A DNA stretch of 32,734 nucleotides from Klebsormidium nitens (GCA_000708835.1 DF237738.1:1-32734), one strand, 5' to 3'; positions 1 to 9,976 are shown, counted from the first letter of the stretch. Notes: generated from the letters alone by a model not told the origin. A program made the numbers and translations.

Positions 1-382
1 AACCACCGCCGTTTCGCTAACCCGCAGGTCAACGAAATCCTTTCGAGAACGAGGTTAGGCTTAACCGGTCGTAATCGTTACACTGCCTCTATCCAGGAAA
101 AGCGAAGGGTCTAGATATTGCACGCACTTGCTGCCCGTAGAAGAGGCTGAAATGAAGATGGCGACTTGGATTCCATGGGCCATCGCAAGAATTCGCATGG
201 ACTGTGCCCGTCTGGCTACCATGTTCAACACGTTGACAGATGAGCAACTGAGCGAGATTGCTGTAGAACGTGATAATGTGATTGGACGTCCACCACAGAG
301 GTGATACTTTACGAAGCTGGAGGATCATAGTACTCTGCGCCCCACACAAAGAGCTCTGCTGGCATGTTGGAGAGAACGTTGC

Positions 383-437
383 AACAGACTTAAACCGTAG
401 CATGACGGAACAGACTTAAACCGTAACATGACGGAAC
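383..437. repeat. 26-bp tandem direct repeat x2 (AACAGACTTAAACCGTA[G/A]CATGACGG)
   Basis: Units at 383-408 and 409-434 differ by one base, followed by a partial third unit (AAC). Confidence 0.9.
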
Positions 438-693
438 TAATACTTATATCGGTTCTTGTTACGTCTGGAATCGTTACCGTACGGTCGCAGACAAGTGGCA
501 GTCTAGTGGCAGATATTTTGGATCTCGCCCATGTGCGACTTTATGATCGTGTGGCTGTCCAGAGTCGGCGAAGATTCGCAGATTTCCCAATCTCGGCGTG
601 CGAGATTCTAGAAGAAGGAAGGACCTCCACTTTTACTTTTCCTCCACTGCTGATACGAACGGTTCTTTAATGCTGGAAGCATAATACGACGAG

Positions 694-1404
694 ATGGGCA
701 ACGACAATGCGTCTCTTCGTCTTTTGGTCACTAAAATGGAGGGGCAATTGTTGCTTGCTGAGGCTCTGGTGAGGGAGTTGAAGGAAGAGAACGCTGCTCT
801 GATTTTACAGAGCGACAAGCAGATCACATCGGTGACTGCAGAGGCCATTGTTTGGGTGAGCAATGCACAGCAGGAGATCAAAGTGCTCCAGGGAGAGCTC
901 AAACGTCTGAGCGTGGAGAGGGATGTGGCGATTGCTGCGAGAGATCGTGGGACTTGCAAGTACTGCATCGACATGACCCAATGTAAGTAGTTGACAAAAC
1001 GTTTGCACCTTGGTTGGGAACTTTTTGCAGCTGCGTTCCAATGCGATTGTCAAAACCCAGTGCAGTACGTTACAGACATGGTGATGGATTTGTACCAGAC
1101 CATAACACCCAAACAAAAAGACTCGTTGTACATGTTGGAAAAGCGGGTCGCAAAATGTGATTGCCCCATCAATCTGGGGGTGTTTGAAGAATTGGAAACT
1201 GCTCTACACGCATTGGATTTTTGCTTCAAATTTCGAGGTCATGATTTATGTGTAGGTGTTGTGTCTCGTATATTGAAAAATACGTTGAACAAATACCCTA
1301 TCCAACTGGTGACTTGGACGTGCACTGCTGAACCAGACCATGGCTGCTTCATTGGACAGGTTGATCTAACTCACAATTTGCGGACCCATGATGTAGATGC
1401 TTGA
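694..1404 (+). pseudogene. Hypothetical protein (N-terminal coiled coil), probably one gene split by an in-frame TAG at 988-990
   Basis: ORFs 694-990 and 991-1404 are in the same frame, separated only by TAG. The second has no ATG at its start. Confidence 0.5.
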
Positions 1405-1608
1405 CTACTCTTCTTTTTTGTCCCAGGGTCCCTTGATGTCAACGCCTGAGTCGAGTCTCCAGAAGTGTTCCCGGGGTTGTTGTTGTAGACGCGTTGTGAG
1501 AACCATGTCTGAGCTCTTGGATCTGTCAGATGAACTACTGATAAGGATTCTGGATGAGGGGACGTAGGCTCTGTGAAACATAATGTTCATCTGGAGTTGG
1601 TGAAAGTC

Positions 1609-1835
1609 CTGGCGCCGGAGCTGGGCAAGCTGACGGGGCTCACCTTCCTGGACCTGAGGTGCACCGGGATTGGGGAGGCGGGCGCGGCGGCCCTGGCGCC
1701 AGAGCTGGGCAAGCTGGCGGGGCTCACCTCCCTGAACATGGTGTACAACGGGAGTGGAGCTGCGGGGGCGGCGGCCCTGGCGCCGGAGCTGGGCAAGCTG
1801 GCGGGGCTCCACGGGATGGACCTGCTGCTGGAGCA
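1609..1835 (+). pseudogene. Fragment of a ribonuclease-inhibitor-type leucine-rich-repeat gene (about 2.5 x 28-aa repeats)
   Basis: LAPELGKLxGLTxLxL units start at 1609, 1693 and 1777 (84-bp period). The block is visibly GC-rich against AT-richer flanks and has no convincing start. Confidence 0.7.
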
Positions 1836-1903
1836 GCAAAATCTACGCTGCAATATACTCAGGGTATTAAGGGAAAGGCATATTTGATTCGCGCCCAAAA
1901 AAC

Positions 1904-2473
1904 TCAATGAGCTCCGGATACTTGAATGGCGAATGACTGGTACCCATCATTTGCAATTGCCAGCACGACATTTCCAGTCTCCTTACAGAATAGATCGACC
2001 GCCTTTCGCACTCCAAACGTATATTGAAATGAACACCTTTTTGGATTCTTGCCAAAGTCATGCCCGCATATGAATCCGCCGTCCTTGATTTTGGGACGGA
2101 CCGCATTCAAGTCATTGTATGATCCTTCGAACGTGTGGTCTCCGTCGAGGTATGCGACATCAAATGTATGATCTGCAAATTGTTCGAGAGCAGCGGGAGA
2201 CCATTCACGGTGTATGCGCACCGATGCATCATCTCTGAACCGGTTGCAGACTTTCATATGGGCTTCATCTCCTGGGATGCATCTTATATTGTTGCCATCG
2301 GCATTGCCGCTGCAGAGGTTCCCAAACCATGGATCGACCAGGTGCAATTCTGCCGGGTGCAACGAGCTCAAGAAGGCTGCAAAGTCCCCAGTAAAAACCC
2401 CTATCTCTAGCACAATAGCATGTTCAGGGACGAGATTTCTCATCATGTCCTCCCGGGTGTCAAAAGTCTGCAT
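1904..2473 (-). CDS. Class I SAM-dependent methyltransferase (Methyltransf_24-like)
   Basis: Motifs VLEIGVFTG, LHLVDPW, YLDGDHTFEG and GGFICGHDF. ATG at 2473. Confidence 0.8.
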   Translation of the reverse strand: MQTFDTREDMMRNLVPEHAIVLEIGVFTGDFAAFLSSLHPAELHLVDPWFGNLCSGNADGNNIRCIPGDEAHMKVCNRFRDDASVRIHREWSPAALEQFADHTFDVAYLDGDHTFEGSYNDLNAVRPKIKDGGFICGHDFGKNPKRCSFQYTFGVRKAVDLFCKETGNVVLAIANDGYQSFAIQVSGAH

Positions 2474-2507
2474 GCTATATTTAGACAAATCAAAAAAGGT
2501 ACAAATC

Positions 2508-3332
2508 CTATGGATATCGAATGAGACAAGGTGGCGTTGGCACCGGCTCCCTCGGAATAGGCTGATGCTTCTGATCGGGAACGACTATCATGCAGCGGAC
2601 TTCCTCCTCCTCCTCCTCATCTTCAATCGAGATAACCACCTTCGGGACCCTGACCCGCTTCGGCCTCTTGGCTGCTTCGATCCTCGCGAGGACATGCTCC
2701 ACTTCAAACTCCCTGCAGTGCAGCACCTCCAGCCAGAATGCCTTCAGGATTGGCAGCCTCTCGGCGAACCAATCTCGGTCGCGTGCGATCTCCAGGACAG
2801 AGAATATCTCGTCGCTGATCAGAGTCTCTGGCTGGAATTGCACGAAGAATATCTTGTCGACGTTGGCAATCTCCATGCACAGTTGGACTTGGCCAGTGTA
2901 GTACGGAGGGATCTCCCCGTGCTTGATCTGGCGTCTGAGAGGGCACTTGATCTCCAGGAGAGCACAGTCCGATCCGTCCGGCCGGGACAGGAGTCCGTCC
3001 GGGCTTCCTCCGAGGAAGTCGATAGTTGGATGGAGCAGGAGGCCGCTGTCATAGTGATTCCAGCCCAGTCTCTCACAGAAGAGGTTTTGGACGTGCTCCT
3101 CCCAGAACTGCCCATGGCGGGTGGCCTCGTTACCCTCAAATTTCTCCCCATGCCCCGTCTTCTTGAGGATGAGCATGTCCGGACGCTCATATGGATTTTC
3201 TCCCAGCGAGGTGGCGATGTCGCTCGCCGTCAGACGCTGGTAGCGGGCTGCAAACCACTCTGGGGTGCGTTGGGCGGGCTGCGGGAGCGACAGCAGGTGC
3301 TGGATGGTGGGGTGGATCTGAACCTGAGACAT
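2508..3332 (-). CDS. YqaJ/lambda-type exonuclease (viral recombinase)
   Basis: Motifs QRTPEWF..R..RLTASD, HGQFWE, LGGSPDG, LEIKCP and YYTGQVQLCME. Likely ATG at 3332; the longer ORF uses a non-ATG start. Confidence 0.9.
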   Translation of the reverse strand: MSQVQIHPTIQHLLSLPQPAQRTPEWFAARYQRLTASDIATSLGENPYERPDMLILKKTGHGEKFEGNEATRHGQFWEEHVQNLFCERLGWNHYDSGLLLHPTIDFLGGSPDGLLSRPDGSDCALLEIKCPLRRQIKHGEIPPYYTGQVQLCMEIANVDKIFFVQFQPETLISDEIFSVLEIARDRDWFAERLPILKAFWLEVLHCREFEVEHVLARIEAAKRPKRVRVPKVVISIEDEEEEEEVRCMIVVPDQKHQPIPREPVPTPPCLIRYP

Positions 3333-3623
3333 CTTCTTTCTCTTATAGATGCACTTCAATCTCCCTATTATGAGCGCAGCCCCTTCCACCTCGGAAACGC
3401 TGATTGTGTTTGGGTCACCTAGATAGTTCGTGTTTGCCCGGTCGCTTCGGTGGTGTGTAAACCGCGACTGGTGCGACAATTACAGCACATTAATTCTCAC
3501 TCGTGCGCGCGTAATGATTGTATTTAATACGTGTCACCCGGTTTCAAATACTGTTCAAACTCCGACCTTCCTGAAAAGGAACACACTACAGATTAAGCCA
3601 CTAAGCGGACACAGTAAGCTGCA

Positions 3624-4404
3624 ATGAAGCGCAAGGCTATGGCTTCCTGCCACCAGTTCGAGATGGGGCTGCTTTCTAGAGATTACAAGCTGCTGGAGGA
3701 CGGTCCGGAACTGCTGAGGCGGTCCTTCTGCCGCCTAGGCGTGCTGAAGGATCCAACAATGGGGAAGCTCAGCAAATTTGACGCAGCAAAGCATCCCAGT
3801 ATGGCTCTTGCACAATTCATACAGCGAGTGCCAACTTACACGACTTTCACCCCTGCATGTGGCCCCATAGCTGCAATTTACGTGAGGAGGGCATGCCTTC
3901 CAAGGGGCGATCACCTAGTTCCATCAGCTCAGAACGTGCACAGAGTACTCCTTACTGCTTTACTTCTGGCGACGAAGTTCCTGGACGACGAGTGAGTGTT
4001 CCTCCCCCATCATTCAACCCTATGCTGGCTATCATCCATTCACAAAGGCTTGCACATGCATGCAAATAGTTTCAACATTTACCCCTCTCTTCTCTCCCTG
4101 CAGCCACGATCGCAACGGCCAATTTGCCAAAATTGGAGGCATTACGCTCGAAGAGATGAATGAGCTGGAGATCGACCTCCTCATCCGTTTGGACCATCGC
4201 CTGAACGTTCAGGTCCTAGAGCTGGAGCTGCTTCTGACTCAGCTCGAGCAGGTAGACCCCGTAGAAGTAGAAGAGGTAGTTGACCAGTCAGGTCGCACAG
4301 AGGAGGCCTTTCGAGAGTTCAAAAGGATCACAGCTAGGCGGTGCCGGCCCCTAGGGCTGAGGCTGAATCAGGCAAGAGGCGCTCGTTTCGTCCCAACCTG
4401 TTGA
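3624..4404 (+). CDS. PHO80/CYCU (P-type) cyclin; two exons (3624-3991, 4104-4404), 222 aa
   Basis: NVHRVLLTALLLATKFLDD joins in frame to DHDRNGQFAKIGGITLEEMNELEIDLL across a GTGAGT...CTCCCTGCAG intron (3992-4103). Confidence 0.85.
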
Positions 4405-4418
4405 ACCAACAGTTGATT

Positions 4419-5825
4419 TTAATCGATGTACAGGGTTTTCATTTCATCCAGGGTGTATTCCAGGACGTTGTATGTCTCAAACAGAACATGTATGCTGCTC
4501 CCCTCCGGCACCACCTCTGGATTGAGCTGGACCTCCAGAAAATTGCGTGTGTACGAAAGGTCGAAAGCTCCACTCGGCTGGTCCGCGTATGGTGACCCAT
4601 AGTCTGCATCCTTGGCTGAGAATGGGTAGAGGGGCAGCTTGGGTCCCATGTACGGCCTGTCGGCTGTGCTCAAGGCGAACGAGTGGCTGCAGACCCCGGG
4701 CACCCCGCTGCTGGACCCATAGAGATATGGCTGCACGATCTCTGAGTAGAATGCGTCGGTGCTAAGGCCGGTGTTTGGGTCTTTCGGTGCCGTAGCTGCA
4801 ACATCATGGCCGTCGAATACGAGTCTTGAGACTGCAATAGCCCCGGTCATAATAGCGGATCCGGGCATCATGGGTCCAACGACCGTCCACAGTATCCGTC
4901 TGACGGGTCTGTTGCATATGATCTCCAGGCGCTGTATCGGCAGCTCGAGATCTACTGTCTCAATCTGATAGAAGTTCTGTTGGAAGAGCTGTTTCTTGGT
5001 CAAGTCTATCTCCGATCTCAGCAGCTCGTTTGAAACGTCCGGTGGTATGTAAAGATTGCTCGTGACGAGTGACATTTTGGGTGTCAGAGTGGTGTTTTCT
5101 GGGGGCTCTGGCACGATGACTTCAGCGATACTCCTGAATGTGATCTGCAAAACCGCGTCCTCCCTGGCCAGCACGCCCAGAGGAAACGGGTTGCTGACGG
5201 TCGATCTCGCAAACCAAAAAGGCAGCGGAACGTGCAAGAGCCAGTGAGTTGCCGCAGTTTCGTCTCTGAGGGTGCACTCGAAGCGTTCGATAAGCACCTC
5301 GGGCACGCTCACCCCGTCTAGCATATTGGCAACCCCATCGGCCTGTGCGGCTTGCTTAGAGAGCTCTGATTTGACCAGCATCCCCACGCCGCTCATCCGA
5401 TCCAGTTCTACTCCCTTAACGGACAGGGACATGGAATCAATCAGCATGTACCCTAGGTTTGGCTTCACGTAGGCGTAGGGGGCTGTCAAAACGGGTAGCT
5501 CGATGCACAGGAACATGCCGTTTATGAGTCCCCCAGTTTTATCTAACGCACAGGTGAAGGATGTCGATGAGTCAGCAGATATGCATGGCTGTGGTTCATT
5601 GAAGTATTGGACGATTGGATCACTCGAAAAGTGTTGGTAGCGCTCCCATTGGGGTGCGCCTGATGCAAAGAATGAATGCGTGGGATTGATTGAAATGAGC
5701 TTGTCCTGCGGTCCTATGGCGTGAAGCTGATGAATAGTTCCTAAAGATAGCTGCATTTCACTGGCCATGCTAATGGCTGCCTGAAGTACGAGATCAAAAA
5801 ACGGTGACGACATTCCATGTCCCAT
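4419..5825 (-). CDS. Divergent NCLDV double jelly-roll major-capsid-protein paralog
   Basis: Motifs QLHAIGPQD, KTGGLINGMFLCIELP, LGYMLIDSMSL, QPY..., HSFAL, QPSGAFDLS and ETYNVL match the NCLDV capsid pattern. The exact start is uncertain. Confidence 0.8.
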   Translation of the reverse strand: MGHGMSSPFFDLVLQAAISMASEMQLSLGTIHQLHAIGPQDKLISINPTHSFFASGAPQWERYQHFSSDPIVQYFNEPQPCISADSSTSFTCALDKTGGLINGMFLCIELPVLTAPYAYVKPNLGYMLIDSMSLSVKGVELDRMSGVGMLVKSELSKQAAQADGVANMLDGVSVPEVLIERFECTLRDETAATHWLLHVPLPFWFARSTVSNPFPLGVLAREDAVLQITFRSIAEVIVPEPPENTTLTPKMSLVTSNLYIPPDVSNELLRSEIDLTKKQLFQQNFYQIETVDLELPIQRLEIICNRPVRRILWTVVGPMMPGSAIMTGAIAVSRLVFDGHDVAATAPKDPNTGLSTDAFYSEIVQPYLYGSSSGVPGVCSHSFALSTADRPYMGPKLPLYPFSAKDADYGSPYADQPSGAFDLSYTRNFLEVQLNPEVVPEGSSIHVLFETYNVLEYTLDEMKTLYID

Positions 5826-6030
5826 CCTCGGAAAATTCTAGGTCTTTTCTCCTATCTTTCTGTGCCCAGCTCAATGCATCCATGTACGTATCAAAACGTT
5901 TGAAGCGTGTTCCCAAGCCGAGTTCTCTCACGATCTTTAGGGTCTCTGAGAAGGACCTACAGATAGTATACTCGTGGCCGGCATCGACAGCAAAGAAGGA
6001 TGAAAAATCTACATGAGATGATGACTTCAT
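5794..6030 (-). CDS. Stand-alone RNase H1 N-terminal / caulimovirus viroplasmin-like domain protein
   Basis: FFAVDAGHEYTICRSFSET..IVR...TRFKRFDTYMDALSWA resembles the FYAV..G...GIY.TW.EC..QV.G...A.FKKF.T..EA..W pattern. Confidence 0.5.
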   Translation of the reverse strand: MKSSSHVDFSSFFAVDAGHEYTICRSFSETLKIVRELGLGTRFKRFDTYMDALSWAQKDRRKDLEFSEDGTWNVVTVF

Positions 6031-6039
6031 ACAATGTAT

Positions 6040-6408
6040 CTACATATTATCTGCCGATGGGGTCAGATCATACCGAGATCTCAGATCATCGACTAACTCA
6101 TCCCATGCGCCCCATGCAACATAACCACCACTGTCGGCACGTAACTGGAGAATAGTCCGCAGCACGTGGTCATGAAAGCTCTGCCTTCCTGTAGCGTCCT
6201 GTGGTATGCACTCGGCATATGAGGGGTCTCGAAAAACTCTTTCGACCTCTTTTTTCAGAATGCGTTCGAGGTCCCGTGCCGGTATGAAAGTCGCCTTACC
6301 CTCCCTGACGAGCAGACGCCACATGCCGTTGGCCACCTGTTCGGCCAGCCCGATTTGGTTGCTAGAGAGTATCGTAGATGTATCTCGAAACACGGGGGCC
6401 AAAGACAT
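6040..6408 (-). CDS. Hypothetical protein (122 aa)
   Basis: ATG-started ORF tightly packed with its neighbours; no recognised motif. Confidence 0.55.
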   Translation of the reverse strand: MSLAPVFRDTSTILSSNQIGLAEQVANGMWRLLVREGKATFIPARDLERILKKEVERVFRDPSYAECIPQDATGRQSFHDHVLRTILQLRADSGGYVAWGAWDELVDDLRSRYDLTPSADNM

Positions 6409-6463
6409 GCTCTGCTTTCTGCGATCGAAATGTGCTACATTTTTTCCGCACAGGCTTCATAGC

Positions 6464-6715
6464 ATGGCTCTGAAGACTGTGGCAGTCAGGCAGCGCGACG
6501 CGGCGTTGCGCCTGTGTGACCATGTTGTGCAGGCGTTGGAGGTGCACGACGCTTCTTCTGATGAGATGATTTCGGAAGGCTCGCCGATCAATAGGTCCGG
6601 TGAAGGTCCGGTTGTCACTTCACTGACAAAGATTGCCGACCTTAAAGGTCGGTCTTTCGTACTGACCAAACGCGGATTTGAGCAGACCGCCGCGGAGGAT
6701 TTGAAGCGCACGTGA
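6464..6715 (+). CDS. Hypothetical 83-aa ORF whose last 25 codons derive from a primase-helicase C-terminal remnant
   Basis: The C-terminus DLKGRSFVLTKRGFEQ matches the primase C-terminus DLKARAFGIALTKRGFQQ (22600 onward). Confidence 0.4.
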   Translation: MALKTVAVRQRDAALRLCDHVVQALEVHDASSDEMISEGSPINRSGEGPVVTSLTKIADLKGRSFVLTKRGFEQTAAEDLKRT

Positions 6716-7929
6716 GTCGCGCGTACGAATACTTACGGTTATGTTCCCTGGTAGAGTAGGTATAATTCAAAGATGGTGAAGAAGCCATCGCAGACCAAAA
6801 ATGCGATTTACTTGAGGGAGCTGAGGGCCAAGGCAAAGGCAGCCAAGGGTCCCAAGCCTCAGAGGCCTCTCATCCCACCACCCCAGGGTGCTGAAGCCAC
6901 GACGCTATGGAAGCAGCACCACGCCTACCAGACCTACTATGGCAGGCCCGATGGGCAGATCTGGAGCGCCAAGCTCGGCAAGGTCCTCCAAGGTACGTTG
7001 CACCCCAACGGCTACAATCTCATCAACATCGACGGGAAGATGGTCAGGAGGTCCCGTTTCAACCTGTCCCTCTCCCAAGGGAGAGCCATCGGGGAGGGCA
7101 TGGAGTGCGACCATATCGTCCCCATCAGTAGAGGAGGTGGGGACGCCTGGTCCAACCTGCAGGAGCTCACGAAGGAGGCTCACAGGCGCAAGACGGCCCT
7201 GGACAACCCTGAGGCAGGTACGAAGCGTGGGATCACCATGGGCGTTCCCATCATCGCGAGCCACGCGGCCACCGGGGACGATACCCGCTTCGATTCGGTG
7301 ATTGCGGCGGCCAGAGAGCTGAAAATCCATCACGTATTCATCGAACGGTCTCTGAGGGTGAGACGATCAGGGGTGACTACGTCTTCTCATATACCCCGGA
7401 GCACCTGGCCGAGCAGGCCGACCTTCCTGGCGAGAGGTGGCTGGAGGCCGTCAGCAGCTGGGGCCTGCTCCCCAAGATCAGGGCCAGCGACCGCGGTAGG
7501 ATCCAAGACTCCAGAAGGAGGCGGAGCTACGGCTGTGACAAGCACGGTTACAAGGTGTTTGGGGCCGCGATCGATAAGAAGAATAGGGACCTCAAGGTGC
7601 ACGACGTCATCGCGAGGACCTTCCTCGAACCCCCTCCCTCTTCGGAGCATACACCCGACCACATCAACGGAGACCCCTCCGACAACCGCGTGGAGAATTT
7701 GCGCTGGGCCACTCCGACGGAGCAAGGCCGGAATAAGAGTAATAATCGCCGCGTCATCCAGCTGGATTCGGTCACCGGACATCACTTGGTGGTCTTCGGA
7801 AGCATAGCGGAGGCCGCAGAGGCCGTTCGGATTTCAGAGAGCAATATTCGCGCTGTAGCAGGAGGCCTTAAACGCATTGCTGGCGGATTCAAGTGGATTT
7901 ACTTAGAGGCACTTCACACTTAGGGACAT
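6638..7929 (+). mobile_element. Double-HNH cassette copy 1 (primase remnant + 55-bp leader + HNH gene + CTTAGGGACAT)
   Basis: Leader 6718-6772 is 52/55 identical to 22731-22785. The terminal 11-mer is at 7919-7929. Confidence 0.75.
6773..7923 (+). pseudogene. Tandem double-HNH endonuclease, frameshifted at about 7355
   Basis: Paralog of 16644-17777 and 22786-23910. It reads CTGAGGGT where copy 3 has CTGAAGGGT (1-bp deletion); the rest of the protein is in the next frame. Confidence 0.9.
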
Positions 7930-7980
7930 AGACAACCATGATGCCACAATATGATTGATGATGTATTAAAAGAATAGTAT

Positions 7981-8931
7981 TCACGGACCCATGTTCTGCC
8001 TAATAAACTTTAAGAATCTCATCGACGGGATATGGGTGCTGTCTATATCGCTACGATTACAGAATCCAAACTGTACGCGGATTAGCTCTCCGTCGACATC
8101 TACGGACGACCAGAAGAAAGCCTCCCCTACGTTGTTGGCCCACAGATTCCCTGCTCTCGACCCTTGAGCCACCGCATTTCCATGCAGTGTCGCTACTGGC
8201 ACCTTTGCGCCACCCACAAACACTTCCAGCCTCTGGAGGACACCTCCGTTCTTGAGCGCTTCATTGAAGAGCCCGCCAGCTGGATAGTAGTCGTCGGTGA
8301 TGCCCTTGATAATCGGATGAAACCATGTTACTCCCTCTCCATCCTCGTCGTTGTATACGAGGGATTCGAGCTGTCCTCCGGTCCTCCCGAATGAATTGAT
8401 CCTGGTGATCGATGCGTCAAGCTCCGAATCGACTAGGATGGCATTTTCAAACTCCTCCTTAAAGCACATCCCACAGACTTCGGGCCTGAAGAACAATTCC
8501 ACCGCGACTTCCGCCCAGTACGAATCCTCTCTACATGTTGCGCACCCGTAGCACACGAGAGTGAGCCGTATGGAAACGTTTCGCATGACGGCGATCAGCT
8601 CTGACTCTGAGTCGAGCGGGCCGCCCTCGAGGTTGGGGCGCGCAAGGTACATTTGTATGCTCTGCTCATAATCTAAAGAAAGCCCAGGCCCCGGGTGACA
8701 ACTCTGGTCAGACGTCATGAGCGCGCGAACCACGTCCAAGTCGGGCGGGGTTGCCAGCGTGTAGAGCCGATCAATTCGCACCCGCAGGCCCCCAAACTCC
8801 AGGCACTTATGGCTCACGTCCTTCCGGCTCTCTTCTCTGCCCAGCTCCAGCTGCTGTCTAAAGTCATTCCTGTCGATGTCTGTCGAAGTCACCCGAATCT
8901 GCAGGAAGATTTCTTGCGTTTTGGTGAACAT
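7981..8931 (-). CDS. Hypothetical protein (316 aa) with CxxC...CxxC
   Basis: Long ATG-started ORF containing CYGCATC and CGMC; no family recognised. Confidence 0.65.
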   Translation of the reverse strand: MFTKTQEIFLQIRVTSTDIDRNDFRQQLELGREESRKDVSHKCLEFGGLRVRIDRLYTLATPPDLDVVRALMTSDQSCHPGPGLSLDYEQSIQMYLARPNLEGGPLDSESELIAVMRNVSIRLTLVCYGCATCREDSYWAEVAVELFFRPEVCGMCFKEEFENAILVDSELDASITRINSFGRTGGQLESLVYNDEDGEGVTWFHPIIKGITDDYYPAGGLFNEALKNGGVLQRLEVFVGGAKVPVATLHGNAVAQGSRAGNLWANNVGEAFFWSSVDVDGELIRVQFGFCNRSDIDSTHIPSMRFLKFIRQNMGP

Positions 8932-8955
8932 GTTTTCTTCTGACCATTAGACAAA

Positions 8956-9563
8956 ATGGGCAGGAGCTTGAAATGGTACATCGTTCCCCGAGAGATCTCC
9001 CATGACGCTACAAAAAAGCTGTGTATGAACCTGGAGTTTGAGCCAGAAGAAGACGAGATCAATGAATGGATCTACGAAAAGGTTCACCGAGAGGACGTGA
9101 TAGACTACGAGCAGAGACCGGTGAACTACTCGGCACTGTTTGGCAGGCAAAAGAGAGTAGTCACTGTCTCGGCTAGGTACCTATACCACGATATTCACTC
9201 TAAGGACTGGTGCCCAAAGTGCAAGATGTTTGCCAGTGGCCTGTACGATTCACAATTGCTCGTGGGATACACAGACGTTCAGCATAACAATCAAAATCCT
9301 ATATGGAGTTCCGATTGGAACATAAAGGGTTTTTACCTTGGGTCGTCCACAACCGACTTCGTACGCCGGTTTGATAACGACCGAATGTACAGGGAGATAT
9401 CAAAATCCGATGTCGAGGATGCATACGATAGGATTGACAGACTTGGGAATTGTTTCCGCATTCAAACCCAGAGGCTAAAGAAGAAGCGACGCAGGTGTTA
9501 GATTGGCTGAGGACGTATGCCGACGACGAAAACGTTCGCATGGTCATGATGGACGATTACTAA
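8956..9563 (+). pseudogene. Hypothetical protein, probable frameshift at about 9438-9458
   Basis: The ORF ends in an odd basic tail, while the -1 frame continues with protein-like PHSNPEAKEEATQVLDWLRTYADDENVRMVMMDDY* up to the next gene's stop. Confidence 0.55.
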
Positions 9564-9976
9564 ATAACGCTAACCTGGGAGAGGAGCAGCTTCCTGCGCT
9601 TCGATGGGCGTAGCAGGTGCCCCCCGATCTTCCCCGCTCTCCCCACCGGTGCTAGGTGTTGATCGATCATCCACGTCCCGCTGCGAGCAGTCCTCGCCAG
9701 GTCTCTGCCCCTGAATATTGCCACCAGCAAGGACCAGCAACCTCTTAGGAAGATTGGGCTGGCCACCTCCACCAGCTTGTGTGAGAATTCAACAGCTCTC
9801 AGCTTCACAGTGTCTCTGCATGTGACACTGTTGAGCCCCATCACCTGAATAGAGTCCTTGACTGGCCCTGGCTGACAAAGGGCTGACAGGAAGCAAGCCA
9901 TATCTCCATTGGCGTCTACCTTGGTAGCAATGGCGTACACTAGCTCAACTGGAAGGCTGTCAAAGGCGGACGCCAT
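9560..9976 (-). CDS. Hypothetical protein with an F-box-like N-terminus
   Basis: N-terminal FDSLPVELVYAIATKV. Confidence 0.5.
   Translation of the reverse strand: MASAFDSLPVELVYAIATKVDANGDMACFLSALCQPGPVKDSIQVMGLNSVTCRDTVKLRAVEFSHKLVEVASPIFLRGCWSLLVAIFRGRDLARTARSGTWMIDQHLAPVGRAGKIGGHLLRPSKRRKLLLSQVSVI

Noticed and set aside
89-403. ORF 89-403, a weak MADS-box-like reading in another minus frame, and a possible 52-nt intron joining ATG 365 to this ORF
   Set aside because: The similarity is only by eye, the donor GTAAAG is weak, and the product has no recognisable motif.
383-437. CRISPR-like array
   Set aside because: There are only two abutting units with no spacers, and no cas genes.
7930-7980. 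Long target duplication around HNH copy 1
   Set aside because: I found no convincing direct repeat between the downstream flank and 6400-6640; only a 7-bp inverted match (GGTTGTC/GACAACC), likely chance.
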